This document shows positions 26,941 through 36,665 of a DNA stretch of 43,897 nucleotides, in pieces. Under the pieces are notes generated by a model that saw only the letters and a list, made by a program, of their open reading frames with translations, was not told where the DNA came from and ran no database searches. Source of the stretch: a virus. Its lineage: Duplodnaviria > Caudoviricetes. The translations under genes and the position numbers were made by a program. Numbering within the stretch: the stretch's first letter is position 1; each line of letters begins with the position of its first letter. The stretch spans positions 1-43,897 of IMG/VR virus record IMGVR_UViG_3300048856_000091, one strand, 5' to 3'.

Positions 26941-27377
26941 GCAAGCGCCTTCAGGTTCTCGCCGCGGTGAAGGCGCTGGTACAAGCAGCCCTGCCGGGCG
27001 CCACAGTGCTTGGGCTGGACGGTGACGATGCCGCTCCCGCGCGCATCCCCCCGAACGGCCGTGTCGTGGTGCGCAGCGGTGAGCCGGGAGAGCCCGAGGT
27101 CGATCTCTGTCCACCCGTCTACCACTACGCACACCGCATCCCGATCGAGGTCAGCGCCTACGAAACGACCGCGCTCACCGGCGAGGAAGTGATCGACCAG
27201 ATGATGGGTCAGATCGACGTGGCAGTCGAAGCGGACCGCACGCTGGGCGGCCTGTGCGACTGGCTTGAGCCGACCGCGCCCAACACCGACGACATCTACG
27301 TCGAGGGCGCGAACCCTCCGCGCGGCGGCGATTTCGACCTGGTCGCCTCCTACTCGACCACATCCCCTCTCAACTGA
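26937..27377 (+). CDS. Tail terminator-like protein
   Basis: Directly before the tail tube; ADRTLGGLCDWLE motif. Confidence 0.7.
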   Translation: MSKRLQVLAAVKALVQAALPGATVLGLDGDDAAPARIPPNGRVVVRSGEPGEPEVDLCPPVYHYAHRIPIEVSAYETTALTGEEVIDQMMGQIDVAVEADRTLGGLCDWLEPTAPNTDDIYVEGANPPRGGDFDLVASYSTTSPLN

Positions 27378-27394
27378 GCCCGAAGGAACCAACC

Positions 27395-28351
27395 ATGGCC
27401 GTACAGCCTACCCGCCGGCGCGCGCTCGGCATCAACGCCGTGCAGTCGGCTGTGTTCGAGACGAGCTACGGGCAGACGCCCACGACCGGCTTCAAGCGCC
27501 TGCCGTTCGTCAGCAACGCGCTCGGCGAAGAGCGCCCGCTGATCGAGGACGACCAGCTCGGCTTCGGCCGCGAAGGGCTCGACCCGGAATATGACGTTGC
27601 GACGAACGACGGCGACGTCGTGGTGCCGATGGACACCCGCGCGTTCGGCTGGTGGCTGAAGCTGCTGCTGGGCGACGCTACCACGGCCTCGGTCGAGGGT
27701 AGCCGCTATGCGCACACCTTCGTGTCCGGGAAGACCCAACTGCCCTCTGCCTCGATCGAGCTCGGCAATCCCGAGATCCCCAGCCATTCGGTCAACTTCG
27801 GCGCGCTCGCCAACCAGCTGCGGGTGTCGATGGCCCGCTCCGGCATGCTCAACGCCACCATCGGCGTGATCGCCCAGGGTGAGACGCGCAAGCAGGCGCT
27901 GAGCGTCGCCGGCACCCCGGACCTGTTCCACGGCGATCGCTTTCAGCAGGCGACCGGATCGATCAAGCGCGGCGGCGAGGTGCTGGGCAGCGTTACGGCC
28001 GCTGGCTTCACCTATTCGAACAACTTCGAAAAGGTGGAGGCCATTCGCGAAGACGGTCGGATCGACGGCGCGGATCCGCTCAAGGCGGTGATGAACGGCG
28101 AGCTCACGATGCGGTTCGACCGGCTCGACCTCTATGATGCCGCGGTGGATGGCACGCCCATCGACCTTTCGTTCGGCTGGAAGCGAGGCGACGCCAGCCT
28201 GCTCTTCACCGTGCCTCGCGTGTTCCTGCCGCGCGTGAAGACGCCGATCACCGGCCCGGGCGGCATCCAGGCAACGTCGAATTGGCAGGGGTCCGGTGCC
28301 GGCGGCCACACGTTGACTGCTGTGCTGACCAACGACGTCGCCAGCTACTGA
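27395..28351 (+). CDS. Tail tube protein
   Basis: FETSYGQTP...LGFGR...HTFVSG..LPSASIE...ITGPGGIQA...LTNDVASY. Confidence 0.88.
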   Translation: MAVQPTRRRALGINAVQSAVFETSYGQTPTTGFKRLPFVSNALGEERPLIEDDQLGFGREGLDPEYDVATNDGDVVVPMDTRAFGWWLKLLLGDATTASVEGSRYAHTFVSGKTQLPSASIELGNPEIPSHSVNFGALANQLRVSMARSGMLNATIGVIAQGETRKQALSVAGTPDLFHGDRFQQATGSIKRGGEVLGSVTAAGFTYSNNFEKVEAIREDGRIDGADPLKAVMNGELTMRFDRLDLYDAAVDGTPIDLSFGWKRGDASLLFTVPRVFLPRVKTPITGPGGIQATSNWQGSGAGGHTLTAVLTNDVASY

Positions 28352-28371
28352 TCCTCCAGCGGAGAACGCCC

Positions 28372-28644
28372 GTGAAGAAGGAAGAAACCGCCGCCTCCGC
28401 GGCGAGCGAGAAGCCTGCGCCGACCTACGTCAAGTTGGGCGATACACCGGAATGGGATCGAATCCGCGTGGTTGATGCCGAGACCGGCAAGCAGATCAGC
28501 CATGTGCTGGAGGCGGATAGCGAGAAGGGCTTTGTTCGGCGGTTCGCAGTCGAGCACGGCAACTTCGTCCGCGAGGGCAGCAACTTCAAGATCATCGAGG
28601 AGGACCGGAAGGTCCGCCTCGAATGGATCGAGGATGCCGCCTGA
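28372..28644 (+). CDS. Phage hypothetical protein
   Basis: GGAG RBS and GTG start; TGATG coupling to the next gene. Confidence 0.65.
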   Translation: MKKEETAASAASEKPAPTYVKLGDTPEWDRIRVVDAETGKQISHVLEADSEKGFVRRFAVEHGNFVREGSNFKIIEEDRKVRLEWIEDAA

Positions 28645-29210
28645 TGCTCGTCGTCAGCAAGAAGGCCGACGGCCCGGCCTGGGTGCCCGTGATGGGCGCC
28701 CAGGTGCTGTTCGATCCGATCGACCGCAAGATGATGCGCACGGCGCGTCGTGCAGCCATCAAGGCGACGCGCGGCGAGGAGGTCGAGGAAGGCGAAGATG
28801 CCGCAGACGCGCCCGCCAGCGAGCAGCTGGAGGAACTCGGTGACGCGCTGAGCGTGGCCCTCATCCTCGCAGGCGCTCGCGACTGGAAGGACGTCTACCT
28901 GATGGCAGGGCCTGAGGATGAGGGCGCCGGCGAGCCGCTGCCGTTCAGCCGTGAGAACCTGGAGCACGCGCTCTCGGATCCGATCACCTTCGACGCGTTC
29001 GATGCCGCCTATGTGATGCCGTTCGTGACGAGGGAGCGGACAAAAAACGTCTCCGCCGCCTCTCAGAATGGCACTGGGGAGGCGGCGATGCCGGTGAACG
29101 ATACTGCCAGCTCACCTGCCGAGGGAGCGAAGGCCGGCGGTGCGAGCAGTGCCCGTACCGGATCGACGAGCCGGACACCGCGGAAGCGGAAGGTGTCTGG
29201 GAAGTCCTGA
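28644..29210 (+). CDS. Tail assembly chaperone (gpG-like)
   Basis: Lies between tail tube and tape measure; contains the A AAA AAC slippery site. Confidence 0.75.
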   Translation: MLVVSKKADGPAWVPVMGAQVLFDPIDRKMMRTARRAAIKATRGEEVEEGEDAADAPASEQLEELGDALSVALILAGARDWKDVYLMAGPEDEGAGEPLPFSRENLEHALSDPITFDAFDAAYVMPFVTRERTKNVSAASQNGTGEAAMPVNDTASSPAEGAKAGGASSARTGSTSRTPRKRKVSGKS

Positions 29211-29392
29211 CCTCCTGCGATCGTCAGCTGCGCGTCGCGGGGATGACGGGAAAGCCGTTCGCCCTGGATTACGCGGCCGTAATGGCCGTCGGCGCCGCGC
29301 TGGATGCCGACATGGAGATGCTGGCAGACGTGCTGCCGGCAGCCGAAGCGGCAATCGTCGCACAGTTCGCCGGTGATGACGGCGGGGATTGA
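29042..29392 (+). CDS. -1 frameshift extension of the tail chaperone (gpGT-like)
   Basis: A-AAA-AAC at 29042-29048; the -1 frame reads RLRRLSEWHWGGG...CPY...RQLRVAG..FALDYAAV...GGD* and stops 9 nt before the tape measure gene. Confidence 0.8.
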   Translation, partial: KKRLRRLSEWHWGGGDAGERYCQLTCRGSEGRRCEQCPYRIDEPDTAEAEGVWEVLTSCDRQLRVAGMTGKPFALDYAAVMAVGAALDADMEMLADVLPAAEAAIVAQFAGDDGGD

Positions 29393-29401
29393 GGAGGGCG
29401 C

Positions 29402-32293
29402 GTGGAAAAGTCCGTCTCGATCCGCATGGGGACCACCGGCAAGGCTGACGTAACCCGCACCTTCGACGAAATGGCCGCTTCGGGCGAGGCATCGGCCAGC
29501 CGCTGGAGCAAGGCCTACGATCGAGCCGGGCAGGACGTTGAAGCGGCCCTGCAGCGCCAAGCGAACGCCGCCGCCAAGATCTCTGCCATCGTTCCGCAGA
29601 CCGCGATCCAGATGCAGGCGAACGCCGCGGCTGGTTCGAACACGCGCTTCGGCGGTGGTTATGCGGCGGGCGCTGGTGAGCGGAACGGGCTGGGCGAGGG
29701 ATCAGCACGCGCATCCGCTGCGGCCTTCAAGGATCTGATCGCCGCCGAGGAGCAGCTGGAGGCGCGCACTCGCGCTTTGGTTGCCTCGATCGACCCCGTC
29801 TGGGCGGCTCAGCAGCGGTTCAACGCTGAGATGGAGAACGCGCGCGATCTGATTAGCAACGGCAAGATCTCGCTCGACCAGTATGTCGCCAAGCTGGGGC
29901 AGGAGAGGGCTGCCCTCGAAGGCGCAACGGCCGCCCAACAGCGCGGGGCAGTATCCGCGGGCGCCCACCGGGCTGCGATGCAGGGGCTGTCGTTCCAGGC
30001 GCAAGACGCGATGACGCAGCTGTCAATGGGCGCGAACGTCTTCAACGTCATTGCGGTTCAGGGAGCCCAGGCTGCGGGGCAAATGGCCAACCTGGAGGGG
30101 AAACTTGGTTCTGCCGCCAAGTTCATGATCGGGCCTTGGGGGCTAGCGATCACCGGCGGGCTGATGTTGCTCGGGATGCTGACAGATCGGCTGATGCAGA
30201 GCCGCCAGGCCTCGGAAGCAGACGAGGCCGCAAAGCGCGGAGAGGCTGCGGGCGCGAACACGTTGGAGGGCGCCATCAAGGCGCTCAACGACATTACGGG
30301 AGTTCACAACCGGTCCCAGGCCGTCGCGATTGATCTGGCGATCGGCAACGCCGACGCGATGCTCAAGCAGGCTGAGGCCACACGCGCGGCGACCGCCGCC
30401 CGCCTCGCCGACATGAAGGCGCTGCAGGCGGCCAACCGGCAACGCGCGTCGGGCCCAGGGCAGAACTCGGAAATGGTCGCGATCGGATTGCCAGCCGGCG
30501 ACGAGGCGATCGCGAGCGTAGAAGCGACGCTCTCCAAGCTCGATGCCAGCATCATCCGCGGACAGAATGCGGTGCGGTTCGCGCGGGCAGAGTCCTCCCG
30601 CCAACATGCGGTGCAAACGGCCGACGAACTCGACCGGAACTCCCGGCTGCGAATCTCGACCGGGGCGGTTGCGGACGCTGAGCGCAACCTCGCAAGGGTT
30701 CGCGAAGAGGGGCGCTCACAGCTTGCCGCCAAGAAGATCACGCCTGAGGAATACGCGGCGAGGAGCGACGAAGCCGAGCGACGGCTGTTGAAAGCGCAGG
30801 AGGACAGCCGGCACAGCTCCGATCGGCGTGCGGTATCCCTGGGCCGGCAGGCCGCGGCGATGGAGGTCAACGCCGATGCGTCGCTGGAACTGGCACGCGC
30901 CTATCTGGTCGGCGGTGATGCGGCGCTGCGCGCTGAGGCTGCCCGCAAGGGCCTGACCGACGCGACCCGTCGCGGGATCGACACCGAAGCGCAGGTGCAG
31001 CGCCAGCTGCAGGTGATGGTCGGCGAGCAGGTGGCGAACGGCGCAAAGTCGGTTGCCCAGCTCCGCGAGGAAACCGAGGCGCGGGCGGCGGTCCGCGCCC
31101 AAGTCCTCGCCGGCACGCTGCCGGTGGAAGGCATGGCGCAGGCGCTGTCGGATGAGGCGGCCCTTCGCCCGCTGCTCAAGCTTCAGACCGTCGCCCAGGG
31201 CGAGGCGCTGGCGCAGCTGACCGTCGTCATTGAGGCCTACCGCAACGCGCTGGCCGAGATGCACGAGGAAGAGGCGCGCAGCGGGGCCGCCGTCGAGACC
31301 AAGGCGTCGAAGGACCGCTTCGCCGAGACGATCGAGAGCATCCGAGATCTGGGCAAGGATCCGCTGCAGCGCGCGCTCGATGCCGCCCGGCGCGCGGCAG
31401 AACGCGACGCGGATGCCAAGAAGCTGAGCGGCACCGATCGGACGGGCTTCGTCGATGCGCGGGTAAACGAGGCCCGCGCGACCGAAGGGTATCGCAGGGC
31501 TCAGTTCTACGTCAGCACCGCAGACGATCAGCGGGATTCGCTGGAGATGGCGAAGCTCGACCTCTCGCTCGCGGCGGCTGGCAACGATGAGCGCGATCGC
31601 GCGGTGTCGAAGCTGGACCTGATCCTCCGCATGAAGCGCGAGGGGATCACCGCCGACAGCGAGGAAGGTCGCAAGCTGCTGGAGAACCAGGAGCACCTCG
31701 ACGGGGTTGCCACCCAGGCGAAGCTCGCCGCGGCTGGCTTCCAGGAGCTGCGCGACTTCGGCAACGACTTCGTCGACACGGTGCTGTCTGAGGACACCTG
31801 GTCCAGCTGGGGCAACGCCGGCAAGACGATCCTGAACATGCTCAAGAGCGAGTTCGTGAAGCTCGCGCTGCTGAACCCGATCAAGAACCTGCTCAACGGC
31901 GACAAGGCGCTGCCGACCTTGGGCAGCGTGCTTGGCAAGGTGGGCAGTCTTTTCGGCGGCAAGCCCGGCAACAACGCAGCCGGCACCGAATGGTGGTCGG
32001 GCGGAGCGACGTATCTCGCCGAGCACGGTCCCGAACTCGTCAACCTGCCGCAAGGCTCCAAGGTGACGCCGGCCGGCGAGACGCGGCGGCTGCTGGGCGG
32101 TGGCGGGATGATGGGAGGCGAGATGAAGCTCAAGCTGGAACTCACCCCGTCGTCCTACTTCGATGCACGCGTCGCCTCGGTTAGCGGCCCGCTGGTGGCG
32201 CAGGGCGCTACCGCGGCGGCCGAAGGCGGTGCTCAGATTGCGGAGGCGAACGACATGGCCGCTGGCGCCCGCCGGCTGGGGCGGTACCGCTGA
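29402..32293 (+). CDS. Tail tape measure protein
   Basis: 963-aa Ala-rich helical protein; LSFQAQDAMTQLSMG; AEHGPELV. Confidence 0.92.
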   Translation: MEKSVSIRMGTTGKADVTRTFDEMAASGEASASRWSKAYDRAGQDVEAALQRQANAAAKISAIVPQTAIQMQANAAAGSNTRFGGGYAAGAGERNGLGEGSARASAAAFKDLIAAEEQLEARTRALVASIDPVWAAQQRFNAEMENARDLISNGKISLDQYVAKLGQERAALEGATAAQQRGAVSAGAHRAAMQGLSFQAQDAMTQLSMGANVFNVIAVQGAQAAGQMANLEGKLGSAAKFMIGPWGLAITGGLMLLGMLTDRLMQSRQASEADEAAKRGEAAGANTLEGAIKALNDITGVHNRSQAVAIDLAIGNADAMLKQAEATRAATAARLADMKALQAANRQRASGPGQNSEMVAIGLPAGDEAIASVEATLSKLDASIIRGQNAVRFARAESSRQHAVQTADELDRNSRLRISTGAVADAERNLARVREEGRSQLAAKKITPEEYAARSDEAERRLLKAQEDSRHSSDRRAVSLGRQAAAMEVNADASLELARAYLVGGDAALRAEAARKGLTDATRRGIDTEAQVQRQLQVMVGEQVANGAKSVAQLREETEARAAVRAQVLAGTLPVEGMAQALSDEAALRPLLKLQTVAQGEALAQLTVVIEAYRNALAEMHEEEARSGAAVETKASKDRFAETIESIRDLGKDPLQRALDAARRAAERDADAKKLSGTDRTGFVDARVNEARATEGYRRAQFYVSTADDQRDSLEMAKLDLSLAAAGNDERDRAVSKLDLILRMKREGITADSEEGRKLLENQEHLDGVATQAKLAAAGFQELRDFGNDFVDTVLSEDTWSSWGNAGKTILNMLKSEFVKLALLNPIKNLLNGDKALPTLGSVLGKVGSLFGGKPGNNAAGTEWWSGGATYLAEHGPELVNLPQGSKVTPAGETRRLLGGGGMMGGEMKLKLELTPSSYFDARVASVSGPLVAQGATAAAEGGAQIAEANDMAAGARRLGRYR

Positions 32294-32895
32294 TGCCCGT
32301 CGAGATCCCACACATACGGATCAGGTCGTTCGCCCTTCGCCCGCGCCTATTCAGCGGCGAGCAGGAGGGCGCACTCGGTGGGCCGGACCTGCCGATCCCG
32401 CGGCCGGGCGACCGCTTCGCCGTGGACGTGGCGACCACGCAGTTTCGCAATGACGCTGAAGGGCGGCTGATGACGGCTGCGCTGTTCGAGGCGAGCAACA
32501 GCAGCGGCATCATGCGCATCGTGCAGCCGAACCGGAGCGGCCGCTCGCCCGGCTATGCGGTGGCGGTCGACGGCACCGATCAGGGCGGCATGACGCTGTC
32601 ACTCCGCGGGCTCCAGGTAGGTGCGCCGCTTACGCGCGGCGACTTCTTCAGCATCGTCCACGGTGGGCAGCGCTACGTCCACATGATCGCCTGCGCCGGA
32701 CAGCTGGTGGTGCCGGTGAGCGGTAGGGTCGCACTGCCGATCTGGCCGATGCTGCGGTTTCTCACGGTGGACGGCGAGGCGGCCGAGTTCGTCACCCCGA
32801 TGATCGAGGGCAGGCTGCTGGGCTTCGACAAGGGCGCCAGCTTCGTGCGCGCCAAGACCGAGCCGCTGTCGTTCAGCATCCAGGAGCGGGCATGA
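32293..32895 (+). CDS. Distal tail-like protein
   Basis: Directly after the tape measure gene; TGATG coupling. Confidence 0.65.
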   Translation: MPVEIPHIRIRSFALRPRLFSGEQEGALGGPDLPIPRPGDRFAVDVATTQFRNDAEGRLMTAALFEASNSSGIMRIVQPNRSGRSPGYAVAVDGTDQGGMTLSLRGLQVGAPLTRGDFFSIVHGGQRYVHMIACAGQLVVPVSGRVALPIWPMLRFLTVDGEAAEFVTPMIEGRLLGFDKGASFVRAKTEPLSFSIQERA

Positions 32896-33536
32896 CCTTT
32901 CGCCTAACCCCTGCGATGTCTGCGAAGCTGCGGACTGGCCGCTACCCATTTGCGCCGCTCGTGCGGGTAGAGTTGCCGGACTACACGCTCTGCCATCTGG
33001 TCGGCTCTGCCGAGGTGAAGTTCAACGGGCAGAAGTTCGTCGGCCGAGATCCACGCTTCGGCGTTCTGGTGGCGGCGAGCAACCTCAAGGATGGCGTTGC
33101 CGACGAAGCGCCCGACTGGTCGCTGACTTTCGTTCCACCGGACGAGGTCGCCGCCTCCGAGCTGGCTGCGGCGACTGCACAGGGTGGCGAGGTTGGCGGC
33201 TGGCTAGGGCTGATCGACCCGGCGACCGGGCAGCTATTGCCGGAGCCCATCCAGCTATTTGGGGGCGAGCTGGACGTGCCAAGGATTCGCGTAGGCAAGG
33301 GCGCACGCACGCTGGAGTGGCGCTGCGCATCCTCGCTCGAGCCCTTCCATGACGAGGAGAAGGGCGCACGGCTTTCGGACAGCTGGCACCAGCTGGTTTG
33401 GCCGGGAGAGGCCGGCTGCGCGAACATGACCGGCATCGACAAGACATCGATGTGGGGCGTGGAAAAGCCGCCGTCGACGGTGCGCGTCGGTGGCGGCAGT
33501 CTGAACCCGTCGTTCCTCGGAAACATCGGGCTATGA
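32892..33536 (+). CDS. Tail tip/hub-region protein
   Basis: ATGA coupling; LFGGELD and HQLVWPGE motifs. Confidence 0.65.
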   Translation: MTFRLTPAMSAKLRTGRYPFAPLVRVELPDYTLCHLVGSAEVKFNGQKFVGRDPRFGVLVAASNLKDGVADEAPDWSLTFVPPDEVAASELAAATAQGGEVGGWLGLIDPATGQLLPEPIQLFGGELDVPRIRVGKGARTLEWRCASSLEPFHDEEKGARLSDSWHQLVWPGEAGCANMTGIDKTSMWGVEKPPSTVRVGGGSLNPSFLGNIGL

Positions 33537-33952
33537 CGGTGCTTCTTCGCCGCCAACAGGCCGTGCAGGCAGCGGTCGACCGGTTCAAAGGTCAGCCGCT
33601 CGCCTACGGCAAGAACGATTGCGTGCGGCTGGCGGCGTTCGTCCTGCGCAAGATGGGACACCGGCCGCAGCTGGCGAAGGCCGGCAGCTACAGCACCGCG
33701 CTCGGCGCCGCGCGCGCATTGCAGCACGCCGGGTTTGAGGATCTGGCGGCCGCCGTCGATGCACTGGGTCTGCCGCGGATCGCGCCTGCTGCTGCATGGG
33801 TGGCGGATCTGGTGCTGCTGCCAGCCGAGGGGCCCTTTGGCGGCGCCCTTAGCGTCGCCGTCGGGAACGGCCGCGTGCTTGGCTATCACGAAGACGTGGA
33901 CGGCGCGGACATCCTGCAGCCGGTTCAATATCTCGCCGCCTGGCGGGTCTGA
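33533..33952 (+). CDS. DUF6950 / NlpC-P60-like tail assembly protein
   Basis: LAYGKNDCVRLAA...AAWRV; lambda gpK-like position. Confidence 0.7.
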   Translation: MTVLLRRQQAVQAAVDRFKGQPLAYGKNDCVRLAAFVLRKMGHRPQLAKAGSYSTALGAARALQHAGFEDLAAAVDALGLPRIAPAAAWVADLVLLPAEGPFGGALSVAVGNGRVLGYHEDVDGADILQPVQYLAAWRV

Positions 33953-33961
33953 GAGGGTCTC

Positions 33962-36541
33962 ATGGCTAAGGCTCTTCGGACGGCGGCGTTCGTCGTCGGC
34001 GCTGTCGCGCTTGCTGCAACTGGCGTCGGTGCCGCTGTGTCGCTGGGCGCCCTTGCCGCCAGCGCCACCACCGCCACGATCGCGACTGTTGCCACGGTGG
34101 CGCAGGTCAGTGCGGCCGCGCTCTCGATCGCGTCGGCCGCCGCTACGCCGAAAGGCTCCCTTGGGGGCAACCCGACCGAGTTCACGATCGATAAGGAGTC
34201 CGGGCTCCCCTACGCGATCGGCCGGACCTATTCGGCCGGCAAGGTCGTGCACCGCCAGTACTACGGATCGAAGAACAGCCTGGAGAGCTGGGTTGCGGTC
34301 CACAGCATCGGCCCAATTAAGAGCCTTGGGCCGTTTCAGGTCGAGAAGGTCACCGTCCCGTTCCAGAACCGCGCAGCCCTCGGCACGTACGCCGGCTATA
34401 TGTGGCTGGACCAGCAGCTGGGCGCCTGCCCGGAAAGCCGAGCGCTGCAAGGTCCGCAGGGGAATTTCCCCGGCTGGACCGCCGCGTCGAAGCTGTCCGG
34501 CCTCGCCGCGGACCTCTGGACGCTGAAGTTCGACACCAAGGGCAAGAAGTACCCGAACGGCGTGCCCGAGCGCGGGCGGATCCTGGAAGGCGTGCTCGTC
34601 TATGATGCGCGCCTCGACAGCACCTATCCGGGCGGCTCCGGACCCTGCCGGCTGGGGCAGGAAGCAACCTACGTCTATAGCGAGTGCCCGGCGAACCACG
34701 CGCTAACCTGGGCCTACGGCCGGGTGCAGAACGGCACGCTGTTAGCCGGCGGCGGAATGAAGGTCGTCGGGATCGACCTGGCGTCCTTCGTCGAGTGGGC
34801 CAACGTCTGCGACGCCAACGGCTGGAAGGTGGGCGGCGTCGTCTACACCAGCGCCGACAACGGCTGGGACATCCTGAAGATGATCTGCCAGGCGGGCGGG
34901 GGCGAGCCGATGCCGGTCGGCGGGCAACTGTCTGTTACCTTCAACGCACCGCGTGTGTCGATCGGCACGATCACCAGCGCCGACATCATCGGCGACGTCG
35001 ATGTGCCCGGGACCGCCTCGCGCCGCGCGCGCCGCAACACGGTGATCCCGAAGGTACGGCTGGAGAGCCACGGCTGGCAGATGGCGCCGCTGAACGCGAT
35101 CGCGATTCCGGACTATGTCGCGGTCGATGGCGGCAGTCGTCCGCGGGAGATCGAGTTCCCGCTGGTGCAGCAGGTCGACCAGGGCGCGCAGCTGGGCCTC
35201 TACGAGATCCTGAATGGCCGCGAGCTGGAGGGCATTCTTCTTCCCTGCAAGGCGACGATGATCGGCTACCGCCCGGGCGACTGCCTGACGGTCGACATCC
35301 CGGAGGCAGCGCTGGTCGGGCGCGATGTGGTGGTGCGCACGCGGGAGATCGACATGGGAACGGTCGGCGTGACCTTCACCTGCCGATCCGAGACCGCATC
35401 AAAGCACAGCTTCGTGCTCGGCAAGGGCGGCACGGCACCGCCGACGCCGGACCTGTCGATCCCGACGGTTGACCTGAGCGCGCCCGATGCCGCCGACTGG
35501 ACGGCCAATGGGGCGGTGCTGAGCGCCAACGGCGTTTCCTTCCCGGCGGTGATCGTCACTGGCGCTGCCGACGACCGGCCCATGGCGGGCGTGCTGTTCG
35601 AATACCGGCGCTATGTCGCCGGTGCGAACTCCGAGACCGGCTGGAGCGGCGGGGGCATCGACGGCCCAGGGATCACGCGCAAGGAGATCACCAGCGTGAC
35701 CTCCGACACGCAGTATGAAGTCGCGGTCCGCTACATGGTGGCGGGGACCTACAGCGACCGGCTGGTGCTCGGACCCGCAACGGCGGGCGTGTTCAGTGCC
35801 GCCGGCGGCACCCAAGCCGCGGTCGCGACCTCCTTCCCGATCGGGCTGACGATTGGGGCGGCCGACAGCGGCACCCTCACGATCAGTGCGCACACCCGTC
35901 GCTATACCGATGGCCATCCGGACGTTGCGGTCAACGGCGCCACGATCAACACCGGTCTTACGCCGGGCACGTTCCGCGCCATCGGGTATGACGACGAGGA
36001 TCGCTCGGGCGGCGCGGTGGCCTACCAGCTGTTCGAGGACGACATCGATGCCCGTGCGGCACCGGATCACCCGGCCCGTCACTATCTCGGCTACGCAATC
36101 ATCCCGACCGCCGGCAGCCCGCCAGCGAGCGGTGGTGGGGCAACCCCGCCGGGTGGGCAGTGCGTGACCACCGACACCCCGATCCTGATGGCGGATGGCA
36201 GCGAGAAGCTGGCGGGCGAGATCGTGGTCGGAGACCGCATCCGCACCCGCCATGAGCAGCGGCTGACCGACGTTGCGGGCGGCTGGGGCATATTCCCGGT
36301 CGAGGCGATCGAGATCGCAGACAGCGAGGATGTCTGGAAGGTGACGATCGACGGCCGCGAGCTTCAGGCGACCGGCAACCACCTCGTCTACACCGGCATC
36401 TGGCGGCCGATGCGCGAGATCGGTGCGCAGGTCGCGGGGTCGTACCGCATCGTGAAGATGACCGTCACCGACGCCCACACCTACGTCTCGAACGGCGTCC
36501 TCTCGCACAACATCAAGATGATGCAGCCGAACGAAGCCTGA
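33962..36541 (+). CDS. Tail tip/central fibre protein (gpJ-like) with a C-terminal Hint domain
   Basis: 859 aa; LPYAIGRT, VYDARLDSTYPGGSG, FN3-like QYEVAVRY; residues 734-850 read CVTTDTPILMADG...TGNH...YVSNGVLSHN. Confidence 0.88.
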   Translation: MAKALRTAAFVVGAVALAATGVGAAVSLGALAASATTATIATVATVAQVSAAALSIASAAATPKGSLGGNPTEFTIDKESGLPYAIGRTYSAGKVVHRQYYGSKNSLESWVAVHSIGPIKSLGPFQVEKVTVPFQNRAALGTYAGYMWLDQQLGACPESRALQGPQGNFPGWTAASKLSGLAADLWTLKFDTKGKKYPNGVPERGRILEGVLVYDARLDSTYPGGSGPCRLGQEATYVYSECPANHALTWAYGRVQNGTLLAGGGMKVVGIDLASFVEWANVCDANGWKVGGVVYTSADNGWDILKMICQAGGGEPMPVGGQLSVTFNAPRVSIGTITSADIIGDVDVPGTASRRARRNTVIPKVRLESHGWQMAPLNAIAIPDYVAVDGGSRPREIEFPLVQQVDQGAQLGLYEILNGRELEGILLPCKATMIGYRPGDCLTVDIPEAALVGRDVVVRTREIDMGTVGVTFTCRSETASKHSFVLGKGGTAPPTPDLSIPTVDLSAPDAADWTANGAVLSANGVSFPAVIVTGAADDRPMAGVLFEYRRYVAGANSETGWSGGGIDGPGITRKEITSVTSDTQYEVAVRYMVAGTYSDRLVLGPATAGVFSAAGGTQAAVATSFPIGLTIGAADSGTLTISAHTRRYTDGHPDVAVNGATINTGLTPGTFRAIGYDDEDRSGGAVAYQLFEDDIDARAAPDHPARHYLGYAIIPTAGSPPASGGGATPPGGQCVTTDTPILMADGSEKLAGEIVVGDRIRTRHEQRLTDVAGGWGIFPVEAIEIADSEDVWKVTIDGRELQATGNHLVYTGIWRPMREIGAQVAGSYRIVKMTVTDAHTYVSNGVLSHNIKMMQPNEA

Positions 36542-36665
36542 CCCCTGCCGGTCCGCCAGTTCTTCGCCGCCCGAGTCACCAGCGGCACGGGCATGATCAT
36601 GTCGGCCTTCGACCAAGCCGTCGGCCGATGGGCAGCCCTACGACACTCACCACCCGGAGACAGCG

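Noticed and set aside
36161-36511. Canonical mobile intein
   Set aside because: No homing endonuclease, +1 residue is Ile, and the C-extein is only 9 aa; treated as a BIL/Hedgehog-like Hint instead
22134-36616. Several long minus-strand ORFs (461, 448, 531, 572 and 405 aa) across the structural operon
   Set aside because: All mirror well-supported plus-strand structural genes and have no recognisable motifs
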